From contig NC_086097.1 in assembly GCF_963921235.1 (NCBI RefSeq), positions 146,632,001 through 146,696,000 of the forward strand: a stretch of 64,000 bases of DNA, read 5' to 3'. Below are positions 1-11,794 of the stretch, in pieces. Source of the DNA: Mobula hypostoma (Eukaryota). Position 1 is the first letter of the stretch. Every line of letters begins with the position of its first letter. Position numbers and translations under genes: made by a program. The notes under the pieces are model-generated. The model worked only from the letters and a program-made list of their open reading frames with translations, ran no database searches and was not told where the DNA came from.

Positions 1-1090
1 GAGCCATGCAGTACTGATTCAGAGTTCTATTCAAAAACAAAGATCCTGGTACCAACCAATGTCCGTTCTATAGAAGAAGCATTCTGCGAACGTGGCTTAG
101 AGAGGCACACCAATCACTGGTGTTAGCCAACCAGTGACAATTCAACTTGACACTAGAACAACCAGTAATGTCCTATTGAAGGGAGATATCAATCATAACT
201 TGCTGCAGTTGAAGCTACCAATTCATGTTCTGTCAAAATTCAAAGGAAACCTTCAGTTTCTGGAAATCCTAAACAAAAATAGAAAGATTGGATACCTTCA
301 GCAGAGCATGTGGTATGTGTGGCAAGACAAAATGGTTAACATTTCAGTTAAAAACCTTCATTCAGGTTGAAGGATTTCACAGGAGGCATCAGTTAAGGGT
401 TTTTGACATGTGGAGATATGCTGATGTCTCGAAGGTAGATGCCCTCTGAAAATGGTGAGAAATATGATGTGGATTGCATCATAGTAGATCAGAAAAATGT
501 CACATCTATGCAAGGAAGTAGTACAGTGTTTTAGCTGGAGCTGGCAACTTAAGAGTGACTTACATTAGACTGTGTAACCTGTTGCTAAGTATGAAGATAT
601 CTTACACGGAGCAAGGAAACTAGAAGTTATCTGGTTCCTAGATGAAAGAAAGTGCCAGTAACAGTTGCTGTCACAGAGAAACTTAAGTTCAGCCAGAGAT
701 AGTAGTCCAGTAGGCATACTTTTCCTCAGGAGGGACACATACTCTGGGATGCTTGATGAGGAAAGCCATTAATTAAATAGTTTCAGCATGTGCTTAGTAG
801 ATATTTTTGCTGACAAAGCCACTTGGGATCAACATAATACCAGAAGAACTTAGTATCAAAGAAACTTCAGTAGTTTCAGAAATTTCAAAATAATTTCAAA
901 GAAGTGTTGTGATGCCCTAAGATTTCAACACAATAAAGACATGAGGAGATGACATTTTCTTCTCTCTGTGGTGAAGGAAAACAAGAGAAAAGCAGAGTTA
1001 GACCTTGACTGGAAACTGAGGGCCAATTGAACAGATGCAGCAAAATGTAGTGAAGCTGAGTGATCAAACACTGAAGCTCATGATGAAATC

Positions 1091-1309
1091 ACAAACAAGA
1101 GAACATTTTCAGATGCTGGAAATCCAAGTAACACACAGAACATGCTGGAGGAATTCAGCAAGCCTGGCAGCATCAATGGAAAAGAGTACAGTCAATGTTT
1201 TGGCCAAGGCCCTTCTGAAGGGTCTCAGCCCAAAACATCGACTGTTTACTCTTTTCCATTGATGCTGCCGGGCCTGCTGAGTTCCTCCAGCATGTTCTGT
1301 GTGTTACTT
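1091..1309. mobile_element. Palindromic (fold-back) short element built from two inverted Penelope terminal-repeat halves
   Basis: Arms 1126-1215 and 1217-1309 are reverse complements. Both match the repeat end at 22249-22350 and 49960-50067. TCATGATGAA occurs on both flanks (1078-1087, 1313-1322). Confidence 0.8.
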
Positions 1310-1929
1310 AGTTCATGATGAAGCTCATCAGGGATGGTCTGAAGCCAGACCTAGTCAAAGCCAAAGAAGTTTTGCCACAGCTATCCTGAACAGTATACTG
1401 CCTCATTTCACTGAGTATGGAAACAGACAGACAGCTGACCAATGATATTGAATGCTCAATGGCAAAGAGGTCTACTGAATTAAAGAGACAGACACAACAG
1501 AAACTGTGTTGCAATATGTTGATTGTAGAAAGTAACTGCCAATACAGGCAGACAGCTCATACAGCTCATAACGGGAAACAGAGCAGTGATTTTGCAGGAG
1601 AATCACCCGCCAGCACTTACACAGAGATGCACAAGCTGCAACCTTACTGTGACCCTGGGGCTGGAGAAATTTCAACAGCACACACAGGGGGAAGTTGTTT
1701 GAGCAGCAATCACAAGCCAGTCAGGACACTTGCTGTTAAAGGCACAATGAGGTAATATAGAATAATTCTGATGATGAAGGTAAACAATATAAAGATTTGG
1801 TGCTCTTGGGGAAAAAGACGATAATGTAGTGAATGCACACAGCTGAGGCAATCTCAACAACACAGGGACGCCACAGATATCGAGCTTGAGACGGTCAGCA
1901 TGGTGTATTGTATTTCAATTTCTCAGCCT

Positions 1930-3080
1930 CTCTTATGTACTTACAGGACAGGGACTATTTTGTATTGATTGGTAGCTGCATATCTGACTGAATAAAAATT
2001 ACATGCGGAGTGCCTCAAGGATCCATACTAGGACTTCTTCTGTTTTACATATACATGCTCCCTCTAGCTCAAATCATGGTAAGCAGCAAAATATCTTGCC
2101 TTAGTTCTGCAGCTGACACTCAGATTTATGTAGCAGTGTCATCAAGTGACTATCGTCCCATACAATCTCTAAAAAACTGTAATTGAACAAATCACCGAGT
2201 CAAAATTTCCTCCAGTTAAACAAAGAGAAGACTGAAATAATTGTCTTTGGTGCCAAAAAGAAGGATTAAAGCCAGTGCTCACTTAGAATCCCTGTCATTA
2301 CAGACCACAAACCAAGCCAGAAACCTTGGTGTTGTGATTGACTCCGACTTAAATTTTAACTGCCAAGTTAAGACAGTTACAAAGCCAACCTGCTACCATC
2401 TTAAAATATGGCAAGAGTTAAAGGACTTATGTCTCAGCAAGATCTAGAAAAAATCATCCATGCATTTATTTTTAATAGGCTTGAATACTGTAATGGCCTT
2501 TTCAAAGGTCTCTGTGGGAAAAAAATCCGTCAGACAGCTGCAGCTCAATCAGAACGCTGTTGCTAGAGTCCTCACTATGTCCACAAAATTAAACATATCC
2601 CTCCAGTTCTCAGATTGCTACACTGGCTTCCTGTCTGTCAGAGGATTGACTTTAAAATATTACTACTGGTTTATAAAGCACTGCAGCCAAAATACATCTC
2701 TGATCTTTTACTGCATTATGAAACTTCCCGAGCTCTCAGGTCGTCTGGGGAGGGTCTGCTTACAGTCCCCAGGGTCAAAACTAAACATAGTGAAGCAACT
2801 TTCAGTTACTATGCTCCACATATCTGGAATAACCTTCCAGAGGATCTAAAGTCTGCCCCAACTTTAAGCTCTTTTAAATCGAAACTTAAAACTTTTCATT
2901 TCGCAGTAGCTTTTAATTAGAATCTCCTGCACTGTAACTTCTATTTATCACATCTATTTTTGTGTGATTTTATTCTCATATATATTGTCTGAAATTTAAT
3001 GCTTGACTTTTATATCTTGTTCCACGTAAAGCACTTCGAAATGCCTTGTGTTTGAAAAATGCTGTACAAATAAACTTGCT
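1930..3080 (+). mobile_element. L2-clade LINE, 5'-truncated and frameshifted RT plus 3' end
   Basis: CGVPQGSILG (~2003-2032); LHWLPVCQRIDFKILLLVYKAL...RALRSS...APHIWNNLP...FKSKLKT (ORF 2615-2920); L2-type tail gtaaagcact...tacaaataaacttgcttg. Confidence 0.85.
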
Positions 3081-3099
3081 TGTTTACAGGAGATTGCAG

Positions 3100-3770
3100 A
3101 GACTATCAGATAATCCTATTGAGTTACCTGAGAAAGAAGTGGAGAGTCTTGATGAATACAGTATCATTGAAATGTACATGAACTCTCAAAAGGTATTCAG
3201 TCATTTACTTCTTAATAGCCTTGTTCACAGTCAGTCAAATGGAATTGAAGTTTCAGTGTTGCATGGTTAGGAAATGGTTAAAGGACAGAAAACAGAAGCA
3301 TTACTTTAAGGTTTAGAGATGAGAAGTAATTCAAAATTTAGCTATGTACAAGCTATGATAACAGATATCAGAGAAATAGGCAGGTGTAAGAGGCAGATGC
3401 TATTGAAAATAGAAAATTGAAAAGTGATTCCTTTCAGTAGAAGGAATGTAGAGGCTGTTGAAACTAAACGGTACAATTTTAAAGTAATATGTGGAAAGAG
3501 GGGATGAAGGTGTATACTTAAAGGTGGCAAATAAATTAATAAGGTTGGTTATAAAAAGCATGGAGGCTCCTCAGCTTTGTAACAAGCTACGGCGTACAAA
3601 ACTCATCTCAAATATATTAAGCCCAATGATTAGGCCCCAGCTCGATATTGTGGCAAATTCTGGGTACCACTAAACAGTAAGAATAAAAAGATCTGGAAGA
3701 TACAGAGCAGTAAATACTATCAAAATGTCCTTTGGCATAGGTAAAGAAACTGGAACATCTGGGCAGTGTT
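3100..3770 (+). mobile_element. Highly degraded CR1 LINE RT fragment
   Basis: Weak residual similarity to the younger CR1 copies in this window (YMNSQKVF resembles YMDFQKAF; ...ttctgggtaccac...aaagatctggaag). Confidence 0.45.
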
Positions 3771-3992
3771 GATGCATACATCAGGATGCTCACTATCATC
3801 CCCTCAAAACTAATCAATAAGCTTCAATACCAAGGCCTCAATACCTCCTTGTGCCTTTGGATCCTCGACTTCTTCACTTGCAGATCCCAATCAATTCAGA
3901 TTGGCAACATCTCTTCCACAATCTCCATCAGCACAGGTAAACCACAAGGCTATGTGCTTAGAACTCTTATGCTTATGACTGTGAGGCTAAGC

Positions 3993-4647
3993 CAGACATC
4001 CCACCTCTCCTGGAAGTTCCGGGAGTCTCCTGCATATGAATAGTGTCTCCTTGATGCCCGCAAATTATACACAATATCACGGAAATCAATTTTTTTGAGA
4101 GCAAGTGAGCGAGAGAGAGAGAGAGAGAGAGAGCATGAGAGCAAGCAACCGAGAGCGTGAGAGAGAAAGCGAGAGCGCGAGAGAGAGAGCGAGAGAATAA
4201 GCAAGTGAGAGTGCATGAGCGAGAAAGAGAGAGAGAGTACGCGAGAGAGAAAGCAAGCGAGCGCGCGAGCGACCACGAGAGAGAGAGCACGAGCACATGC
4301 CATGGCACAGTGTTCCAGAAAAAAAGAAAATATAAAACGTACGTCACCCCAGACTACACTAAAGTGTACCCCTGCCTAATAGGGGTCAAAAATAATGACA
4401 GTGCTGCTCGCTGCACTGTTTGCAACAGTGACTTTTCTATTGCCCATGGTGGGTTAAGACTGTAAAAGACATGTTGAGGTGAACTTAACAGGTGTCATTC
4501 GTTCATTAGCATAGCTAATGTTATTTAAACTAGCTGGCCAGCTGCTAAGGAGCTACTCTATTGCAGACATCCCACCTCTCCCGGGAGTCTCCCGCAAATT
4601 GATGGTGCTACCTCCTTGAAATCAGTTTTTGCAGGGTGGGATGTCTG
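3993..4647 (+). mobile_element. Non-autonomous hAT-like DNA transposon with 6-bp TSD and N-terminal zinc-finger remnant
   Basis: TIRs CAGACATCCCACC / GGTGGGATGTCTG; CTAAGC duplicated (3987-3992, 4648-4653); encodes ARCTVCNSDFSIAHGG-(frameshift)-DCKRHVE, a BED-like finger. Confidence 0.8.
4106..4290. repeat. Imperfect (GA)n/(GAGC)n purine-rich microsatellite inside the hAT element
   Basis: Direct reading of sequence. Confidence 0.9.
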
Positions 4648-5276
4648 CTAAGCACAACTCCAAGGCCATATTTAAGTTTGCCAATGACACCGCTCTCGCT
4701 GGATCAAAAGTGGTGACTAATCAGCATATAGGAGGGAGATTGAAAGTCTGACTGAGTGGTGCCACAGCAACAACCTCTCACTCAATGACAGGAAGAGGAA
4801 ACTGCGGTTCATGAGCCAGTCATCATCAGGGGATCAGAGGTGGAGAGGGGCAGCAACTTTAATTACACTGTGCGATCATTTTGGAAGATTTGTCATGGGT
4901 CCAGCTCGTAAATGCCATTATGAAGAAAGCAAGGCAGTGCCTCTAGAAGTTTTCGAATATTCGGCTTGTCATCTAAAACTTTGACAAATATCTACAGATG
5001 TGTGCTGGAGGGCATATTGATTGGTTGCTTCATGGCCTGGTATGGAAATACCAATGTCCTCAAATGGAAAACCCTACAAAAAGTCATGGATACTGCCCAG
5101 TCCATCATGGGTAAAGCCCTCCCCACCATTGAGCACATTAACATGGAGCACAGTCACAGGAAAGCAGCATCCATCATCAAGGACTCCACAATCTAGGCCA
5201 CGCTCTCTTCTCGCAGCTCCCATCAGAAAGGAACTGCAGGAGCCTCAGGACCCTGAGGTGTGAAATGTGAGGAGGA

Positions 5277-6051
5277 TGTTATGACCCCAGAACTAGGCAA
5301 GGACGTGACTTGGCTGGCAGGCAGGACGAGGCTGGAGACCGGAGACCAGAGACTTGAGGTGAGGCTGGAGACCAGAGACTTGAGGCGAGGCTTGGCTAGA
5401 GGCTTGGGGTCTTGAAGCTCCTCCTGGGCAGAGCGCGGATCTCCACCCGACGGAGGCAAGGGACAAGAAGAGACAGAACCCACGGCAGGGTAATGGCAAG
5501 ACAGCCTGGCTTACCCGACGGAGGCAAGGGACCGGAAGGGACAGCACCAACTGCAGGGTAACGGCAATACGGCCTGGCTTACCCGACGGAGGCAAGGGAC
5601 AGGAAGGGACAGAACCAACTGCAGGGTAATGGCAAGATGGCCTGACTTACGTGGCGGAGGCAAGGGACAGGAAGGGAGCTAGGTACAGGGTGGCTGCAAG
5701 ACAAGACTTCAGGCGAGATGAGGTGAGAGTTACCAGCAAGACAAGGCAAGGCTTCAGGCAATGCAAGGTGAGACAAGAACTTCAGGTGAGGCGAGATTAC
5801 CGGCAAGACAAGGCAAGGGTTCAGTCGAGGAAACAGAAGGCAGGGGAAGGGATACAAGGAGTAAGGACAAGAACAATCCAGCAGCCACGCCCTGGTCTCT
5901 GGAGGTATTTATGCAGCCAGCCCCAATGAGAATCAGCTGCCTCAATTAGTGCTCAACAGGAACAGAAACAGGGTAGACAGAAAAAACTGCAGCAAGTGTC
6001 AATAGACCGGACCGTGAACCAGAATGCGGACTTCATGGACTGGCCATGACA
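5277..6051 (-). mobile_element. LTR-like element (solo LTR) related to 14978-16253, with ~70-bp internal tandem repeats
   Basis: TG...CA termini (tgttatga...catgaca). Its reverse complement starts tgtcatggccagtccatgaagtccgcattc, matching 14978. acccgacggaggcaagggac recurs at ~5445, 5512 and 5581. No clean TSD. Confidence 0.7.
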
Positions 6052-6396
6052 ATTGGACACGCTAGAGGCAAGAAATATGTTTCCGATGTTGGGGGAATCC
6101 AGAACCAGAGGCTGCAGTTTAAGAATAAGGGGTAGACCATTTAGAACGGACTTGAGGAAAATTTTTCACACAGAGATTGTGGTTCTGTGGAATGCTCTGA
6201 TTCAGAAGGCAGTGGAGGCCAATTCTCTGGATTCTTTCAAGAAAGAGTTAGATAGAGCTCTTAATGATAACGGAGTCAAGGATATGTGGAGAAGGCAGGA
6301 AAAGGGTACTGATTATGGATGATCAGCCATGATCACAGTGAATAGCGGTGCCGGCTCGAAGGGCTGAATGGCCTACTCCTGCACCTCTTGTCTATT
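6052..6396 (+). mobile_element. CR1 LINE 3' end
   Basis: SRTRGCSLRIRGRPFRTDLRKIF..WNAL..AVEANSLDSFKKELD; 3' UTR gaagggctgaatggcctactcctgcacct. Confidence 0.85.
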
Positions 6397-7335
6397 GACC
6401 TACACGACCAGGTTCAAGAACAGCTATAATCCCTCAACCATCAATCTCTTGAACCAGAGGGTATTTCAATCACCCCGTCACTGAACTGTTCCATCAACAT
6501 ACGGACTCACAAGGACTCTTCATCTCATGTTCTCGATACTTATTACTTATTTATTATTATTTCTTTTTTTGCTTTTTGTATCTGTACAGTTAGTTGCCTT
6601 TTGCATATTGATTGTTTTTCCATCCTGCTGGGTTTGATCTTTCACTGATTCTATTGTATTTTTTAATATTTACTGTGAATGCCCACAAGAAGATGAATCT
6701 TAGGGTTGTATACAATGCCATATTTGTATTTTGATAATAACTTTTCTTTGAACTTGAATGTTGGACTATATTCCATTGAGCAGAAAAGCTAATGGTAGGT
6801 TGAAGAGGTGGTAACTGGTTTAAGGGGTTAAAAAAAGATGCAGCAGAAATATTAGTAAGGAGAGGAAATACATGTGAGGAAATGGGTTAAAAATTTAGAA
6901 CCGAGATGAGTATTAATGATCTGGAATGCACTGCCGATAAGATTGGAAGAGGAAAATTGATAGTAGTATTAAAAAGTAAAATGGAAGTCAAGGGGAACAT
7001 TTACAGTGCCATAGGAGAAGAGCTGAATGGTGGAACTAATTGAATAGGACTTTCAGAGAATCAGCATAAGCACAAATAGCCAAAAAGCGTGTACTGTATT
7101 TCTCCATGATTCAATGTAATGTATCGTTAATGCCACACTGGGCAGCTGAGTGCCATACTCAGAAAAAGTCACCACAATACTCCTGTGCTAGTGTCTAAAA
7201 CACTACCTTCACTTAGTGCAGTGCTGCCCAGGCAGTGACTCTGTATGTTAGAGTGGTGTGGTGAGGTGTGATGTTACAGTGGTGTAGAGTAATCTGGCGT
7301 GGCAACTTGCAAAAGTCAGTAGGATATTTATTTAA

Positions 7336-9330
7336 ACATAGCAAAAAATATAGACCAGTACAACACAGGACTAGGCCCTTCAGTCCGCAATGTTTAGCTG
7401 AGCTAATTAAATTAGTATTCTAGTGCCCAACTAATCTAATTCTTTTTGCCTGTGCAGGGTCCAATATCCTTCCATTTCTGCACATTCATGTGCCTATCTA
7501 AGAGCCCCTTGAATGCCTCTATCGCATTTGCCTCCACCATCATCCCAGACAGTGTATTCCAGCACCCACCACTGTGTGTAAAAATCTTGCCCTGAACATT
7601 TCCTTTGTACTTGCCCTTCTCACCTTAAATATATGCTCTCTAATACATGACTCTGGGAAAGAGAACATAGAATGCAATTTAGACCTCCCTCAGTCTCTAC
7701 TGCTCCTGAAAAACAACCCAAGTTTCACCAACATCTCCTCATCACATATGCCCTCTAAACAAGGCAGCATCCTGGTAAACCTTCTCAGCATCTCTCCATA
7801 GCCTTGACATCTTCCTATAATGTGGTGATCACAGCTGAATGTAATGCTCCTAATGTGGTTTAACTGGAGTTTATAAAGCTGTACCACAATTCTTGACTCT
7901 TTAACTTAATGTCTTGACAAGTAAAAGCAAACATGGCATATCACATCAAAGTTGCTGGAGAATGCAGCAGGCCATGGCACATGCCTTCTTTACCACCATA
8001 TCAACTTGTGCAGCCCCTTCCAGGGAGCAGTGGTCTTGGATCACAAGTTAATTTTATACATCAACACTGTTAAGAGTCTTGCCATTAACAGCATACTGCC
8101 CTCATAGTGCAGCATTTCATATTTGGCCAAGTTAATCTCCATCTGCCATTCCTTTGCCTTATTTGCAATTGATCTACGTCCTGAAGAAGGGTCTTGCCTC
8201 AAACTGTCAACTGTTTCTTCATGTCCATGGATGCTGCCTGACCTGCTCAGTTCCTCCAGCATTACCTATGTGTTGCTTTGGATCTGTAGAATTTTTTTTT
8301 GTGTTTGTGTATCTACATCCCCCTGTATTCTTTGCAAGTCTTCTTTGTTCTCCACAATACAGCCAACCTTCAAATCACCTGCAAACTTACTAACCGACCC
8401 ATCTATGTTTTCATTCATGTCATATATATATATATATATATATATCACAAACAGCAGAGGCTCCAATAAGTACACCACTAGCAAGAAATCTCATCTCTTG
8501 CCTCTTTTAGTAACCTGGGATATATCCAATAGGATCCTGGGGACTAATCAACCTTAATGTTCTTCAAGAGACTCAACATTACTTCCTTCTTTATCTCCAA
8601 ATCCCAAGCAAATTAGTACACTCCATCTGATCTCCCTATCATCTACATAGTTCTGCTTAGTAAATGTTGATACAATGTACTCATTCAGATCTCACTCGCG
8701 TTCTCTACCTCAAAACATATGTCTCCTTTATCTTTGAGTGGTCCTACCCACTCTTTAGTTATCCACCTGCTCTTGATGTATGTATAGAATGGCTTGGGAT
8801 TCTTTTTAATCTTACTTACCAAGGGTTTTTCATGGCCCTCCTCTCTTTCCTAATTCTTTTCCTGAGTTCTTCTCTGGCTTTTTTATAATCCTCAAGGGCT
8901 CTATTTGATTTCAGTTCCCTAAACCTTACATAAGTATTTTTTTTCTTCTTGACTCAATTCACTTCTCTCACCTTACCTTGCTATACTTGTCTATCCTTCT
9001 TACTGGAACATAGCTGTTCTGTATTCCCTGCAGTTGGTCTTTAAACACCATCCACATGTCAGATGTAGATTTGTTCATAATCAGCTATATCCAATTAACT
9101 CTCCCTAGTTCTTGCCTAATACTCTTGTAATTTGCTTGGCACCAATTTAATACACATCCATAATGTCCATACTTACCCTTATCTATAGCTACTGTATCTT
9201 AAAACTTAAGAAGTGGTGATTACTCTTTCCTGGCTGTTCTCCTACTGGAAGGTCAGTTACCTCTCCAGGCTCATAACCCAACACCAGGTCCAGTATGGCC
9301 CACCTCTTGTTGGGCTACCAACACAAGCTC
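7336..9330 (-). mobile_element. Degraded CR1 LINE (ORF2 fragments)
   Basis: Minus ORFs RRFTRMLPCLEGI.. (7690-7887), KEWQMEINLAKYEMLH (8041-8262) and SVSKFAGDLKVG (8266-8484); interrupted by a Penelope short copy and (AT)n. Confidence 0.75.
8176..8308 (+). mobile_element. Short Penelope terminal-repeat copy inserted in CR1; hammerhead core mutated (CTGAAGA...CAAA)
   Basis: gtcCTGAAGAagggtcttgcctCAAActgtcaactg...gatgctgcctgacctgctcagttcctccagcat; ATCTAC(G/A)TCC at both ends. Confidence 0.7.
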
Positions 9331-10389
9331 TGCCTCATCTAAACCTCATGCATAAAGGAGATCACAGCCTATATTAAGGAAGATGAAGTCACCTATTACA
9401 ACTGGGAGCCCATAATAGGGAGATTTTAGCGAGTGAAGGCAGAAGCACATACTCTGGCAAACAAAGGGCAAAAATTATTGCAGTAGAGGCATTGTATTGA
9501 AAAAAAATGCTATGATTGATCAAAATTTATGATATCATCAAAACCAGAATATTGCTGAACGTGGGGATTGTATGATTGCCTGGAATGCCTATCCTGTCAC
9601 TTGCACTGCTTCTCAAAGCCTCGTTAACCTTGTCCATCAGCTTCCAGCTCATTTTGTTTGTATGCAAAGGGAAATCATTCATTCTCCCTTGTATGCTGAT
9701 TATGTCAGCATTAAAGGCACCCAAGGCACTCCCCCGAATTAAATTGTTTTTCAATTGGACAAGCAACATCTGTCACCTGAAATTCACTTTATTAGGGAAC
9801 AATAAATCATAACTCACTGTGAGTTCTACCATTGCTCATGCTATCAACACAGCAATACATTTTATAATTTTAATGCATGGTATGCTACTCTACAGCATAA
9901 AATTTAATAACTTATTTTGATCATATTCTGAACCTTGCGTCAGCATTTTTTTAAATGACATTTGCAGATTTGTTTCAGCCATATTTTCAATAGCAGTTCA
10001 TGAAAGTAGATGTTCTTGTTTTTTGTTAAGAACACGTTTAGTATATCTTCTGTATATGCAGCTACTAGATCTGTTTAGTTAAGATCCTTAAAAAAAATTA
10101 CTGCACAAGTAATCCTATGAATGAAAGTGTCACAATGCTATCTGGAGGTCAGTCACATCCTTACAGCCAACAAAACCACATTTGATACCTTCAGCAACAG
10201 GTTAGGTCATGATGCAGATATTTATGAAGCATGTCTTTAGTGTGCATTACCCAAGGACTGCTTTGAGATGGGGATTGAGGGGCCTGGGATAAAGATTGGT
10301 ACTCACCTAACTATCATTTCATTCAAAAGTACTTGACTAGTTAGCTGCAGGTAACCAGGATCAGAAACCGTTGTTGTCTAACCTTGGTT

Positions 10390-11742
10390 GAATAACTAGT
10401 GCAGAAATTGCAGGGGCCATAGCGGAGATATTTAAAACATTCTTAGCCACAATTTAACCATTAAACAACCATTAAAGATATGGCTAACCAAACCTGTATA
10501 GTACTTTGAGAAATTTACCAAGAAGGCTAATGAAGAAGAGGTGGTGGACATTGTCTACATGGGCTTTATAAAAGCCTTTGACAAATTCCTGCATGAAAAG
10601 CTGATCTAGAAGGTTAGGTCACTTGGCTTTCAGGATGAAGTAGTCAGTTGGATTTAACATTGGTTTAGTGGAAGAAGCCAGAGAATGGTAGTAGGTGGTT
10701 GTCTCTCTGACTGAAGGCTTGTGGCTAATGGTGTGTCTCAGGGATCGGTGCTGGGTCCGTCTGCATTGTTTATTGTCTATATTAATCATTTAGATGATAA
10801 TGTGGTAAGCTGGACCAAAAGATTTGCAGGTGACACCAGAATTGGGGGCATAATAGACAGAGAGGAAGGCTATCAAAGCTTGGAGCGTGTTCTGAACCTG
10901 CTGGGAAAATGGGCTGAAAAATGACAGATGGAATTTAATGCAGGCAAGTGTGAGGTGTTGCACTTTGGGGAAAACAAGCCAAAGTAAGTCTTAACACAGT
11001 GAATGGTAGGGCACTGAGGTGTGTAGGGAAACAAAGGTACCTGGGAATACAGATTCATAATTCCTTGAAAGTGGCATCACAAATAGATAGGCTCGTAAAG
11101 CGAGCTTTTGTTACGCTGGACTTCATACATCAAGGCACTGAGTACAGGAGTTCAGATGTTATGTTAAAGTTGTATAAGATATTGGTGAGGCTGAATTTGG
11201 AATATAGTGTGCAGTTTTAGTCATCTGCCTATGGGAAAGATATGAATAAGCTTGAAAGAGTGCAGAGAAAATGTACGTGGATGCTGCTGGCACTTGAAGA
11301 CCTGAGTTAATGGGAAAGGTTGAGTAGGTTAGCACTTTATTCACTGTAGTGCAGGAGACTGTGGTGAGATCTTATAGAGGTACAGTATACACTGTTATGT
11401 GGGGTATAGATAGAATGAATGCATGCATGCTTTTCCCCTCAGGTTGGCTGAGAATACTAGGGAAAAATTAAGGATTGTAGGTTAAGGATGAAAGGTGAAA
11501 TATTTAAGGGGAACCTAAGGGGTAACTTCACTTAGAAGGTGGCATGAGAGTGGAAGGTATTGCCAGTGGAAGTAGTAGATGCAGGTTAAATTACAATATT
11601 TAAGAGAAGTTTGGGTAGTTACATGAATGAGAGAGTACGGATGGCTATGGTCCAAGTGAGGTTAGATGGGACTTGACAGATCATCAAGCTGGCATAGACT
11701 GGATGGGCTGAGGGCCTGTTTCTGGGCGTTATGACCCTATGG
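10390..11742 (+). mobile_element. CR1 LINE RT and 3' end, degraded
   Basis: VDIVYMGFIKAFDKFLH (~10543-10593), GVSQGSVLGP..KRFAGDTRIGG (10721-10924), LKLYKILVRLNLEYSVQF (10999-11220). Confidence 0.85.
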
Positions 11743-11794
11743 CAATGACTTGTTGGTTTTAAGAAGCTGTTACGCACCTATCATTGTCTTGTAA

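Larger units (their letters stand above)
3775..6756 (+). mobile_element. Rex1/Babar-like LINE 3' half, split into three pieces (3775-3992, 4654-5253, 6397-6756)
   Basis: [46 protein letters not shown] across the first insertion, and TLTNIYRCVLEGILIGCFMAWYGN...KAASIIKD; AT-rich 3' UTR ending ctttgaacttgaa. Confidence 0.8.

Noticed and set aside
340..370. Very old hammerhead-like remnants (also ~20520, 50698, 51000, 51727)
   Set aside because: Core or stems are too degenerate to call ribozymes; treated as decayed Penelope repeats.
3950..4347. Several 70-124-aa S/L/R/E-rich ORFs
   Set aside because: Translations of the (GA)n microsatellite.
5440..5680. Regularly spaced repeats (also 12043-12105 and 15800-16100) as a CRISPR-like array
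   Set aside because: The whole units repeat with no unique spacers; they are inside LTRs, and there are no cas genes.
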